Below are positions 1 to 11,215 of a stretch of 34,461 bases of DNA, piece after piece (position 1 is the stretch's first letter; each line of letters starts with the position of its first letter). The notes under the pieces were generated by a model. The model was not told where the DNA came from. It ran no database searches and saw only the letters and a program-made list of their open reading frames with translations. The stretch covers positions 110,482,744 to 110,517,204 of the forward strand of contig NC_068986.1 in assembly GCF_001194135.2 (NCBI RefSeq), written 5' to 3'. The translations under genes were made by a program, and so were the position numbers. Origin of the DNA: Octopus bimaculoides (lineage: Eukaryota).

Positions 1-124
1 CCACCTTTACCATGACACTGCTATAATTCAGAGACAAGTCACTTGTCTGTATATGTACACTTGTGTATGTGTGTATATGTGTGGGGCGGGGGGAAACTGG
101 ATATATTTATGAATGTGTTATGTG

Positions 125-445
125 ACGGCGCTTGGTTTAATGGTTAGATATTCGTCTTACGATCGTAAGGTCGTGAGTTCAGTTCCCGGTGACGCGTTCT
201 GTCCTTGAGCAAGACACTTTATCTCCATGTTACTCCAGTTCACTCATCTGGCTAAACTGAGTAGTGCCTGTTTTTCAAAGGGGCCAGCCTCGTCATACTC
301 TGTGTCACGCTGAACCTCCCCGAGAACTACGTTAAGGGTACACGTGTCTGTGGAGTGCTCAGCCACTTGCACGTTAATTTCACGAGCAGGCTGTTCCGTT
401 GATCGGATCTACTGGAACTCTGGACGTCGTCGTAACCGATGGAGA
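125..445 (+). mobile_element. tRNA-derived SINE, family C, near full length
   Basis: Pol III A-box-like TGGTTTAATGG (~132) and B-box-like GAGTTCAGTTCC (~174). These are followed by a CORE-like segment GTCCTTGAGCAAGACACTT (~201) and a body that recurs inverted at 2644-2718. Confidence 0.8.
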
Positions 446-1953
446 GCCAGTAATTGTGCTTGGATAGAGTTGTTTACGCATTTCTATGCTTAGGGATACA
501 AGTGAATTGTGCAATCGTGAATTGTTTCGCGCATATATAACAACTCCTGAATAATCTCTCCGGTTATTATTTAAATGATCATTTTCTTTCCTCTTCTCCA
601 CCAATCGTTTACTTTTCCTTCCAGTATGCTCACTAAGATTCAAACCCTACTGTTTTACTTTGCAACAAGTTATAAATATTTCAGTTCGCTAAAATATCAT
701 TATTCATTGCATTTCACCAAACTCAAATACATCCATATATACATTATCCCACTTGCACTTTCCTCTACAATCTTTCGCTTTGGAAACTACAACTTCAGTC
801 TTATATTATCAACATCCATATCACGAAAGAGGAAAATCAGTAATCTACTGCTCTTGGCTGTATTAAGCTTGCAGTCATAACTGGGAACGGGTGTATACTT
901 ACAGTCCTGACCTAGTGTCATTTGTCCAAAACCCGCCTCTGTTTATCAATAGACACACAAAGACACATACATATGGACACAAAGAAGCTTTCACGCATGC
1001 ACATACATACATTAAGAAATCTAATAATAATGCAAACAATGAAATTCTCCATAGAAAATAGGAAATCCCAAAAATTCAAAAGCAAAACGTAGTAACTTAA
1101 GGAAAGTAAAACTTCATGGTTTCTAGAATAAATTTGATATTATAAAACAATGATTTCGTACACAATATCTTAGCATATCGATAATTTTCAGGGAGGGTCT
1201 TCAATACTTACGAAAATGGTGCCCCACTTATGCCACTATTGTGTTGGTATACGTGGGAGCAATAGGCAAAAACTATGGAAATAGAAAGAAAATTTGAAAA
1301 CGCATTTTTCTACGTATTTAAAAGACAAATGGTGAAGTTAAGTCGATAACTGTTTTACTTTACAGTAGGTTAATCTTGATAAATATATGGAATTAAAAAC
1401 AAAAAAAAAAGCAGATCTTATTAACTGCGTAAACCATAGCAGTAAATTCAACTTAGAAGTGAGGTTTTTAGAGATTTTACATATGAAGACAAAAATAGTC
1501 ATCTATTCTGAATTCGTGAATGGAAAGTACTCCATTCTCTTCACATCCTGAAATACTAATCAAAAGTTTCTTTTTCACTCTCCTTATCCACTCAAAACAA
1601 AGCAAAAATTACAGAACAGTATCGAATCCTACAAAACGCAAGCAAGAACTAGGGCAATTGTCGATTGACGAGAGGACAACAAAATACAAGTGTATCTACC
1701 TCAATAAGCGTCATTAGCACAGCAAATCTCCTACAGAAAAGGGGCTCAGTAAAAGAGACACTTGAAAACGATTGAAGACATTTGAAGTAAATAAGGTCAA
1801 ATAAATAACTCAGAATGACCAGTGGCTTATATTTGAACAACGGAGACGAATGTGCGTAGATTGTATAACATAAAAATGAAATTCTTGATTTATTAGAAAT
1901 AACTCCGTTTTCTGGGAGAGTAAACGAAAAGTGTAGTGGTAGCTGGTCACAAT

Positions 1954-1956
<3 letters not shown>

Positions 1957-2002
<46 letters not shown>
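1957..2002. repeat. (AC)n microsatellite
   Basis: Perfect dinucleotide run. Confidence 0.97.
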
Positions 2003-2005
<3 letters not shown>

Positions 2006-2147
2006 TTGGTTTCAAATTCTGGCACTATCTGAAAGGATAAAAGGCAAAGTCGATCTCGGCTTATGTTGAACTGAGAATGTAAATACGGACCCAGTTTCAC
2101 GATGCATTTTGCCCAACGGCCAACGCTTCTACCCGCTCGTTACCTTA
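2003..2147 (-). mobile_element. SINE family B copy, internally deleted
   Basis: GAAAGGATAAAAGGCAAAGTCGATCTCGGC...TTGAACTGAGAATGTAA matches the cleaner copy at 26390-26585. Confidence 0.75.
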
Positions 2148-2643
2148 CTCAATTAATATTGCAAGTAGCTGCTGAACACAACCAACATGATACTGTTAAT
2201 TTGGACGGCAAAATATAAACATGCTCTGTTTTGGAAATGAATTTTAATAATATTAATACGCTAACTTTTTTGTTTCTGTACGTACCTGTTGTGTGAGAGA
2301 GTGAGAGAAAAAGATGGAGAACAAAAGAGAGAGTGAAAGAGACAGTAATTGATGACGGCGTTCATCGCAAGAGAAGTAGATACATAGATACATATACATA
2401 TCGTTAAATCAAAAGCGGGAAAGAAGAGGGACACAAAGGAAGTGAAAGAGAAAGAAAGTGAGAGAGACAGTAGACACAAATCTAAAGAAAAGTTCATATA
2501 TAGATNNNNNNNNNNAGACAGTAGACACAAATCTAAAGAAAAGTTCATATATAGATACAAACACATAGCAAATATTGGATGTAAATTTCACTTTTCATTA
2601 TCGAAGAAATGTCTGAATACTCCACAGACATGCACAACATTAG

Positions 2644-2718
2644 CGTAGTTCTCAGGGAGATTCAGCCTCACACAGAATATGACAAGGCTGACCCCTTTAA
2701 ATTACAGCTACCACTCGA
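2644..2718 (-). mobile_element. SINE family C body fragment
   Basis: Its reverse complement aligns to ~258-331 (AAAGGGG[C/T]CAGCCT[C/T]GTCATA[C/T]TCTGTGT...GCTGAA[C/T]CTCCC..GAGAACTAC). Confidence 0.8.
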
Positions 2719-2740
2719 GACATATATATAGGAATGTATT

Positions 2741-2766
2741 TGTGTGTGTGTGTGTGTGTGTGTGTG
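2741..2766. repeat. (TG)n microsatellite
   Basis: Perfect dinucleotide run. Confidence 0.95.
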
Positions 2767-3038
2767 AATATAGTTTAGGTTAGTTAAAACATGTTTGCAA
2801 TAATAATTGTCGTGTGGTGGAACTAAACGCAATTATGAAACTTTTATTGATAAATCCATTTACTATTTCGTTCTTTTGCATTTCAATTTGTACATTAAGG
2901 TTCTTTGAATATGTACGATGTATTTTAAAGTTTGATAGTAATTCCGTTTACGTTTATGTAACTGAGATATTTTGATTGGATTATATAGTCATGGGTGTTA
3001 CATTACTTTCTATATTCTGTAACTGTCACAATATACTC

Positions 3039-3184
3039 TTTTAGGTCTGAGGTTTTTGTGGGGAAGGGGCCAGTTGATTAGATCGACCGCAGTACACAAC
3101 TGATGCTTAATTTATCGACCCCGAAAGGATGAAAGATAAAGTCGTTCTCGGCAGAATTTGAACTCAGAACGTAAAGCCAGACGG
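3039..3184 (-). mobile_element. SINE family B copy, 5'-truncated
   Basis: TTAATTTATCGACCCCGAAAGGATGAAAG...GAATTTGAACTCAGAACGTAA is nearly identical to 26460-26527. Confidence 0.85.
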
Positions 3185-3252
3185 TCATAATATACAAACA
3201 TTTCTCATGGCAGCAAACGCTGTTTACAGATGCTTAGATTTTTTTATGTTTT

Positions 3253-3279
3253 CCGTGAATTTTTCACGGGTCCAGCTAG
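3253..3279 (+). mobile_element. Helitron-like 3' terminus
   Basis: Perfect 7-bp hairpin CCGTGAA-TTT-TTCACGG (3253-3269), a 6-nt spacer, then CTAG (3276-3279) followed by T. This is the canonical Helitron 3' geometry. No 5' end was identified. Confidence 0.55.
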
Positions 3280-6019
3280 TTTTGTATTAATATATGAAGA
3301 AAGATGTTGTGTGCATTATTGAAGCTGCATTATACATTAAGTTCCATATACCGCCATATGGTACTGGACGTTTTATAATTAATTAAACTCTCGTACAAGG
3401 AAAGATTAATTAAATAACTCGTCATGGCCGGCAGGAAATACAAGACTTGGATTTGTTCGCCGTGAATGTTCGATATAAAATATCCAGTTAACATTCTATT
3501 TGGTTTCTATATGAACCAGAACAGAAATTACAATCAATGCCGAAAATAATATGCCAGTGCAGGTGTAATCTTCCACAGTTATGTCCCTTATGCTACCCTG
3601 TGAACTGCAATTTGCACGTTGGGGGCAGGTTAATTTGCAGAGCTTCTACTATGCACTTGAATGCAGTGTGTGAATAGGGTTAGGGTGAAGATCTTCGGAA
3701 AAGAAGAAGAAAGAAGTTCGGGATGTGAGGTGGACGGGTAAGAATCCAGTGTGCGGAGGGATTGGATATGTATGCTTGTAGGTACGTGCTATATTTGGTG
3801 GCAAACGTTTTTGTCATAAATAGAGAGCGAGAGGGAGAAAAGAAGAAAAGAGCGAGAGAGAGAGAGAGGCATGTAACGTGACAAATGTAGGGAGAGATGT
3901 TTAAGGAAAGGAGGAGGGTTAAATAAAGGGGAGGACGGAGGGGCAAAAGAATTAGCGCGCTCCTCACACCATTCCGCAACCCTTCTGAGTGGTGTCATTT
4001 ATACATCCTTTCGTCCTTTCTACATTTAGATTACTTTCTGTGTCTCCCTTTTCCATTCTCGCCTCCTGTGTACCTTTTGCTCCTTCATTATCTTGCTTTT
4101 ACTTGGAGCTAGGAGACCAATTCTACAAGATAGAAGATCCAAACTCGGTCACTGAGAATTACTTGTACTTCAAAAGCGAAATATCAAGATGGCTCTTAGT
4201 AAGAGACAAACCGCCTCCGAAGAAAAGGAAAACTATAAAGAATCATTTTATAAAACCACTTTAAGAAGTCCTCAGATTCATGTCCGTTGATTGCATGTAG
4301 AATAGATTGATTCAGGCATGTTTAACATGGCCTAGTTTACGTTGGCAACGGAATCAACTGCGATACGAGGTTCTCGGCATACAAGAAAGCTCCTATATTG
4401 ATCTACATGCTATTTACATCCTCGTATTTTCTCCCTTCTCCAACCGTCTCCCTTCAACCCTTACCCTACCCAAATCACATGCAAACGGGAAGAAGATATT
4501 CTCTCTTATATATATAGGAATCCAAATTATAACATGTTCCAATGGGTAGCGGATCTGTGACAAATATATTCACCGACAGCTGGAATAAACCTTTGCAGAA
4601 TATTATGTTCTATACCATAGAAACAAACGAATGACTGCCGAAGTTGTGAAGTCATGAGCTATACGCTGATATCACTCTAATTTTAAAAGTTGGCCTCTCA
4701 CATATATAATATATTTTGAATATTTACTCTGTTGGTAAATAAACTATCGAGATTTTATCAAAATAGCTTGCAATTCTTTCCAAAGGCATTAGATATCTGT
4801 AGAACGTCACATAGCATACATTGTTTTATTATTGTCAAGAATTTAGGAGAGAAAAGGAAATTATCAACCATTGTGTTCACTAATAGATTTGTTGCGTTTA
4901 AGAGCATTCCGTGATGTGATATTGGAACGAGAAATAATCTACTGCCGTTCTCAGTTGTGAATTATATTCAGATCTTTATCAACCTCAGCAGGGTTATTCT
5001 TAGGCATATTAAACCGGAGATGTCAATTACGTCAGTTGGATTTCAAACGAAATTTAAGTTCGTAGTTTTGTTTGACTGTTTACAAACCAATTCTTGGTAA
5101 ACAGATCCAGCAATAGAATATTATTTACAAAATTTGTTTGTTTGGAAATTGAGGCTGCTGTCTCGATAATGTACAGAAACGCCAACGAAAGGTTCACGAA
5201 GTTGTATCGTGTTCCGGCAATGGTGATATTTTGTTATTGAGAACAAGGGAAATTCTAATCAATTATTACCTACACAACCAAACAGTGAACAAAAGGACTG
5301 CAAAACAGTTGTTTGTCGATTTTCTCTGTTTTGGTTAGGTGTAATATAAATGAAGCTTAGGGAGGGATAAACTTTCCTTTGTAGAGAGTCAACAAAAATT
5401 ATTCTTATATAGGAACCAGAGATAAAATCACGCCCATAAATTTGAATGCCAAATTTAAAATGTCCAAAGATTGTGGAACGCCTGAAGGATCGGTAAAGAA
5501 TTCCACGGATTTGCTTTTGTTTTGTGTGTATTCTCTTACCGACACTGTGATGTATCTACAGTAAAAAAATTCATCCCATTTATAAACAGAATCCGAAGTT
5601 GAGGTTTCAAACGTCATTGGAATTTCTGTAAATAATTAGCAAAAAGTTGAACACGTGTTCACTCGTTCCTTCAAATTTCAATAATGCATCATCTTATGGA
5701 TTTAGTTTACGATTTATGCGAAGGCAGCATTGTTTATTTAAGAAGTACTTCGCTAGAATTCGTATAGGTTCGAATAGCCAAGAACAGAAATCAGCTGCTC
5801 GACTCTAATTGTACAGCTGATACACTTGTCGGGTTGCAAAATGTGTCAGACGTGGTCAGCTGTTTACTGTAGCGTCTTTCTGACAGGAGAAATGTAATCG
5901 GTCTATTCTATATTAAACCTGAGTTCATTCCATTGTGCATGTCATTGGCTATTGTCGTATACCACTTGGATTGTGTGTGATATCTAAGCAGACATCCTAC
6001 ACAATGCAAAGAGAATGCA

Positions 6020-6520
6020 GCAGTACATAATGACATGGAAAAGAAAGTGGTCTACACATCGCATCTATTAATCAGTATTTTACAAGATGCAAAGTATAAA
6101 AGATAGTCTACCTTAGCATGTATCAAATTGTTTGAACCTATTATACTAGCGTTTGTGCAATCTCATGTTACAGTGTAGTTCTACTGTCGTTTCTGTTTAC
6201 ACGTATAGGAAGATGCCACTTTCTATACAGCTCACTGAAATCGAATAAACCATTCGGTGACTGTGGTGGTCAAAACTGTACTTCTATTGGTTTCTCAAAT
6301 TGCTGCAACAGTGAGTCAGTCACAGACTCTCAGAAATATAGCACTTAACAATACCAATTTGCTATCATATGTACTGAGATAATGTGTGATAAGAGTATTG
6401 ATAATGATCATAATCCGAGGGCAGAATACGAAGATTATAATCCCCTGGTATTATTACGACATAAAATTAAGTTAAAAGACAGGAATAGTGTATTAGAGCT
6501 ATTCCAATAATTCGTTGTTA
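6020..6520 (+). pseudogene. Possible decayed Sola-type DDE transposase fragment
   Basis: One frame across 6136-6520 has a single internal stop and reads ...LKSNKPFGDCGGQNCT...QYQFAIICTEIMCDKSID...YNP. This resembles Sola SDxCGGQNxN ... GHxxxxCDxxxxxIE ... IYxP. Upstream GKESGLHIASINQYF resembles RGxxEIASCLxxY. By-eye match only. Confidence 0.35.
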
Positions 6521-6566
6521 CATTCTCGAGAGGAAACTAAATGCATTAGTAAAACTAGAAAGGAAA

Positions 6567-7074
6567 NNNNNNNNNNNNNNNNNNNNNNNNNNNNNNNNNN
6601 NNNNNNNNNNNNNNNNNNNNNNNNNNNNNNNNNNNNNNNNNNNNNNNNNNNNNNNNNNNNNNNNNNNNNNNNNNNNNNNNNNNNNNNNNNNNNNNNNNNN
6701 NNNNNNNNNNNNNNNNNNNNNNNNNNNNNNNNNNNNNNNNNNNNNNNNNNNNNNNNNNNNNNNNNNNNNNNNNNNNNNNNNNNNNNNNNNNNNNNNNNNN
6801 NNNNNNNNNNNNNNNNNNNNNNNNNNNNNNNNNNNNNNNNNNNNNNNNNNNNNNNNNNNNNNNNNNNNNNNNNNNNNNNNNNNNNNNNNNNNNNNNNNNN
6901 NNNNNNNNNNNNNNNNNNNNNNNNNNNNNNNNNNNNNNNNNNNNNNNNNNNNNNNNNNNNNNNNNNNNNNNNNNNNNNNNNNNNNNNNNNNNNNNNNNNN
7001 NNNNNNNNNNNNNNNNNNNNNNNNNNNNNNNNNNNNNNNNNNNNNNNNNNNNNNNNNNNNNNNNNNNNNNNNNN
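6567..7074. other. Assembly gap (N run). Other gaps: 2506-2515, 12173-12312, 14048-14741, 18340-18566, 20585-20748, 22047-22172, 23499-23887, 30300-30527
   Basis: N runs, most of them bordered by microsatellites or repeats. Confidence 1.
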
Positions 7075-7196
7075 AGCGCGCCAAAACGAAGACTTTTGAA
7101 TTTTACCATTAAGCTGTAATTAGCAGAACCATATGCACGCGCACCAATGGCGGTGGGCAACTCTGTATACGATTCTGATGATTACGGTTCATTACA

Positions 7197-7260
7197 AATC
7201 AGGCTGATGAGGAATAGACAAATGGTAAGAATTTGTTAAATCCGAAACTAGTTCCTGTTT
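7197..7260 (+). ncRNA. Minimal type-I hammerhead ribozyme of the Penelope pLTR type; predicted cleavage after 7253
   Basis: Stem I is AATCAGG (7197-7203) paired with CCTGTTT (7254-7260), with one mismatch. Core is CTGATGA (7204-7210). Stem II is GGA/TCC (G10.1-C11.1 kept) extended by ACAAAT (7218-23)/ATTTGT (7231-36). GAAA lies at 7244-47, stem III is palindromic ACTAGT (7247-52), and the cleavage triplet is GUU. Confidence 0.85.
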
Positions 7261-7741
7261 AATAATGCTTGTTTAGGTGATTTTAAATGTCTTGCCCGCT
7301 CACGTTTTTGGTATGCTGCTATATTTCATGTTGAGAACAATTTAGGTTTTAATAGACACAAGATGTGATCTATTTCTAGCACATCAATTGTCCACGTTAG
7401 TGGTCGACGTTATTTTTTAATGAAGTGCTATTGTGAAATATTTCCTCTCAGTAACTATTGAAATGGTATAAGCAAAGCAGAAGTTATAAAACCAATATGC
7501 GATTCGCAATTACGAAATATGTGTAGGCGGGGATGAAGTAGCTGATAAGATCATTGTCTCTGGGTACCAATTTTAAAGCAAAATAGGCTAGAAGAATTTG
7601 GGGGACTGTTTCAGGCACTGGAATTCATACATGTGTTAAGGGAAAAGTGTTGAACAATCACACGCAATAAAAGGTGAGAGAAAATGTAGAAGCTGCCATA
7701 CTTTAATATATACTGATGATGTAGATATGGAGATTTAGAAA

Positions 7742-7900
7742 AAGCCAAGATATGAAACCCATCAGAAAGTGAAATGTCTCCAACACAATATAATTGTTCT
7801 CGCTGAAGAAAATATATCTCAGTAAGAAATGGAAGAAATATCCAAGTTTAAAGATCAAGAAATAGAGATATGCAGGCTAAAAACGGAAACAATTTTCATT
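7742..7900 (+). mobile_element. R4/Dong-clade LINE restriction-like endonuclease (RLE) relic
   Basis: Reads KPRYETHQKVKCL...EENISQ*EMEEISKFKDQEIEICRLKTETIFI. This matches the RLE C-terminal pattern D.NVS.KE.EK.SKYKDLEIE..RMW.LKT..IP. Confidence 0.6.
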
Positions 7901-8516
7901 AAATGTCTTCGCAAATGGTACAGAGAAATGCGAACAGATATTTTACCCTAGGAAGTACATACAAATACAATATAAAGAAGATGTGAATAACACGTACTGA
8001 ACATGGATTACACAGAATATCCAAAGTGCTACGGATATATGCACTAATAAAAGTCGATGTTGAAAGCTTTCATTTCCATTGAAAATAACTAAATATTTCA
8101 AATATTATTCAAGACAAATTGTTGATCTTGTAGAAATTAACTCCCCTTCGAAAGAAGAACAAACAGAAATTCTGCTAAGCGGCATTTTGCCCTCTTGAAG
8201 TTCAAATTCAATTTTGCTTTCACACACAACGAATGCCCAAACTTTAACTTGGAAGCATATAATAATAATACTACCGATAGTACTCTACTTTACTCTCTTA
8301 CTCTCCCGCGCCAATTTGCAGCGTATAACCAATTAGAGCCTCTAGATATAATCACGTGAGATAGTCTGTTCTCAAACCAGTTTTGCGCCTACAGCTCTTT
8401 ATAAAATAAAGCCAGCTTCTCCTCGTCTCGAGGTCTTTGGTTTCAGACCTTTTAAAGTCTAGCCACTAACCACATAAGACACAGCCAGTTCCAGCGACAA
8501 CACAACAGCAGTCACG

Positions 8517-8538
8517 ATATATATATATATATATATAT
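8517..8538. repeat. (AT)n microsatellite
   Basis: Perfect run. Confidence 0.95.
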
Positions 8539-8907
8539 CGTTAATTTCTAATTTCATCTCCAGTAGGTTTCTCTCAACCTCAATCATCAATACTTGGATG
8601 CACCTCAAGTGCCGCATCTATTTATTGGCAGTTATCTGGACACAGGCTCTCCACAACCAGTTTCATTCTATGTCTTTGTCTTTCCGTTTATTGACTACAT
8701 TAGTGTGTTTTAACTTCCAGCCTGAAATTCAGATGTTTTTCATGTTTTCTGCTCGGAATCATTGCCAGAGTGATATTAAGCCACAACATGTGACGCATCA
8801 AATTCTCATAGGTGACATGAAATGGATAGGTAAGATCTTTCTTTCTCATCGAAGACACAGCAATAGATTCAAATTTTAGCTCAAGACCAGCTACTTCAAG
8901 GAAGTAT

Positions 8908-9075
8908 TTTAGTCGGTTATACAGCACCCAATTTTCATCGGTACTTATTTTATTTATCCCAAAAGCGTGAAACGCAATGTGAACCTCGGCGGAATGGGAA
9001 TTCAGAACATTAAGTCGGAAGAAATGGGGCGAAACATTTTCTCCGACGCGCCAACGATTCTGCCTGGTTGGCCAT
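8908..9075 (-). mobile_element. SINE family B copy, degenerate
   Basis: GGTACTTATTTTATTTATCCCAAAAGCGTGAAACGCAATGTGAACCTCGGCGGAATGGGAATTCAGAAC aligns to 26455-26523. Confidence 0.7.
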
Positions 9076-9104
9076 GGAATAAGGCCAGCAATTCCGAGGT
9101 ACGT

Positions 9105-9276
9105 ATAAGTCAATTATATCGATCCCGCTATTTGATTCCTACTCATTTTATTGACCACGAATGGATGAAAAGCAAAATCGACTTCGGCGCAATTTGAACT
9201 CGGAACGTAAAGACGGACGAAACGCCGCTAAGCATTGTGCTCATTGTGCTATCGATTCTGCCAGCTCGTCTCCTTA
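9105..9276 (-). mobile_element. SINE family B copy, near full length, in tandem with 8908-9075
   Basis: GGATGAAAAGCAAAATCGACTTCGGCGCAATTTGAACTCGGAACGTAAAGACGGACGAAACGCCGCTAAGCATT...CTGCCAGCTCG. The B-box reads GAGTTCAAATT on the minus strand. Confidence 0.8.
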
Positions 9277-9285
9277 CAAAGGAAT

Positions 9286-9680
9286 TAATAATAATAACAA
9301 TGACAACATTTGAGAGCAGCAACAACAACAATAAAAAAAGCCAACTGCAACAACCAAAGCCACTTCAGCAACAGAAATAGCACCGATGACCATAACAAAT
9401 GTTGAGTAGGACCAGCGTCATCATCATCGTCATCAGTAAGGACAACAACAACAATAATAACAAAAACAACCAAAGCAATTTCAGCAACAGAAGTAGCATT
9501 AGTAAGAACAACAAATGTGAAGTGGTATCAGTCGCAGCAACATTAACAACAACAACAACAAAAATAGCAACAACAGTAGCAAGAACAACAACAATAGAAA
9601 CAACAGCAGCAGCAGCGGCAGCAGCAACGACACAGAAGAGCAACAGCAACAGTAACGACAACAACAAGAACAACGAACGG
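9286..9680. repeat. Degenerate (AAC)/(CAG)/(AAT) trinucleotide array
   Basis: Low-complexity tract that produces the poly-N/T/A/L/V ORFs in the track. Confidence 0.9.
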
Positions 9681-10094
9681 CATTCAATTCGCAACTCAAT
9701 TTACCATTTCTATTCATTAGAAATTAAATAGTTAATAGACAGGTGCCGTTTCTAAGAAACATTAATTTCAGTTCATCGGCTTTTCATAAAATCACGTGAC
9801 TGAGGTGTGGGGTTGTTCAGAAGTCGGCTGCAAGAGAGGAAATAATTCAAATTATGAAGACTATATTAGTGGACTGTGATGGCCTATTGATTTCTTACTT
9901 TGGCATAATGCCGGCAGTTTCGAGAGATGCTTTGTAGTCGATTGAATCAAACCAGTATATCACTGGTACTGGTTTCTCCGTCATTGCGGTATCATAAATT
10001 GAGGGATCCTTGCTAAAACACGCATTTCGAAAACGTAAATTTCAATAAATTCTCATTCCACTGGACAATCCTCCAGATGTAGATCTTTCGAAGT

Positions 10095-10312
10095 TTGATG
10101 AAAATAAAACAGAGTAACAAACGTTACAGAAGTAGACAACTTGAAAGTCCGAAGAAGATTGTTGCTAAGAATGAAGTCCACAAGCTACCATATTTTTGGC
10201 ATGCCACGCTCCATGTGTCATTACATCAGGTCATCTTGAGAGGAAATGTGAAGAAGAGAAGAGAGCAAGAGGCTGTCAAAGATGGTTGTGAACTGACATG
10301 AAAAAATGGTCA
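10095..10312 (+). mobile_element. RTE-clade LINE RT C-terminal relic
   Basis: Reads KLPYFWHATLHVSLHQVILRGNV, then after a frameshift EEEKRARGCQRWL*TDMKKWS. This matches RTE KLxYFGHxxR...ILxGxVEGKRxRGRPRxRWxxxIKxW. Confidence 0.65.
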
Positions 10313-10619
10313 GAAAACTAGATACTTTTAGAAACCACGCAGAGAGAAATTTAGAATCTTTGACAGTCGACCCTTGATAAAAGAAGGTTTTGGCTAATGG
10401 CTGAATGAGGATTGGTTGGTGTTCGGACACAAAAGCAACCATTTAGGAAATATCAATGAGATGATGAAAAAACGACGACAAAACAAAAAAGATAAAAAAG
10501 TATAAGTGAAAAATACATATGTATGGATATCACTGGTACTAACACGTCTAAAGTAAACAATACAAAATTAATAGATCCCACGATACGTAATAACCAGTCT
10601 CTAAATATCAAAGGTCCTG

Positions 10620-11000
10620 ACACCCAGAGCCGTACGTCCCCATTTTGTCTCCTATACTTGCACCATTGGTTTCAACTGCATCGGTACACACACTGATATT
10701 AGCAAGTCAACAGGTCGAAAACACAAGAGTAATTCTTTAACATTTCCCACTGCAAAAATCGATATCAAACACCAATTACATCCAATGTTACTATCAGGTG
10801 CTAAAACTTGTACTTGTAAAAGTGTCACTAATTTCCCTTTGAACAGAAACTGTCAGACTGAAAATACAATATACTGCTTTTCAGTAATTACGAGTGAAGC
10901 TACGAGAGAATACATAGGTACCACAATCAAGAATTTCAACAGGCACATATATGCCTCCTTCAAATACCTCAACTCGTACCATTCTGCTTAACCCACTACA
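10620..11000 (+). mobile_element. Penelope-like element linker/GIY-YIG endonuclease relic
   Basis: VSYTCT (~SYSC motif), then CTCKSVTNFPLNRNCQTENTIYCFSVITSEATREYIGTTIKNFNRHIYASFK. This matches the PLE pattern CNC...CPLxGxCxxxNxIY...YIGxT..FKxR..H..SFK. Confidence 0.75.
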
Positions 11001-11044
11001 CGTTACAAAGGAGCAGAGGAAAATATGCAACCAGCCTGTAATCC

Positions 11045-11215
11045 ATATATCAACGAAGGATTCATTTCAGTTTCCGTCCACGAAATACACTAACGAGGCT
11101 TGGGCCGCCCAAGGGTCGGCTCAAGGCAACAGGAGATGGCATTCGACTAAAGTATCACGCTACAGAACTGAACGCAGGACTATGTGGTTGGAAGCAAACC
11201 TCTTGCCACAGCGAT
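11045..11215 (-). mobile_element. SINE family A 5' part, degenerate
   Basis: TTTCAGTTTCCGTCCACGAAATACAC is the reverse complement of ~14746-14772. ACTGAAC...ATGTGGTTGGAAGCAA corresponds to the tRNA head and parallels 18310-18339. Confidence 0.7.

Noticed and set aside
125-200. tRNA-like sequence; also a similar head at ~24578-24640
   Set aside because: No complete cloverleaf or acceptor stem. The 125 copy continues into a SINE body, and the 24578 copy is too degenerate to assign.
2465-2556. Exact 41-bp direct repeat on both sides of a 10-N gap
   Set aside because: Classic contig-overlap assembly artefact.
3676-4475. TAGGGTTAGGGTGAAG at ~3677 with an inverted similar motif at ~4453-4471
   Set aside because: A short match within purine/pyrimidine-skewed sequence; not enough for TIRs or an interstitial telomere.
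7175-7181. Other CTGANGA heptamers (7175, ~7713, ~31040, ~22660 on minus)
   Set aside because: No stem II closed by GAAA in the right register.
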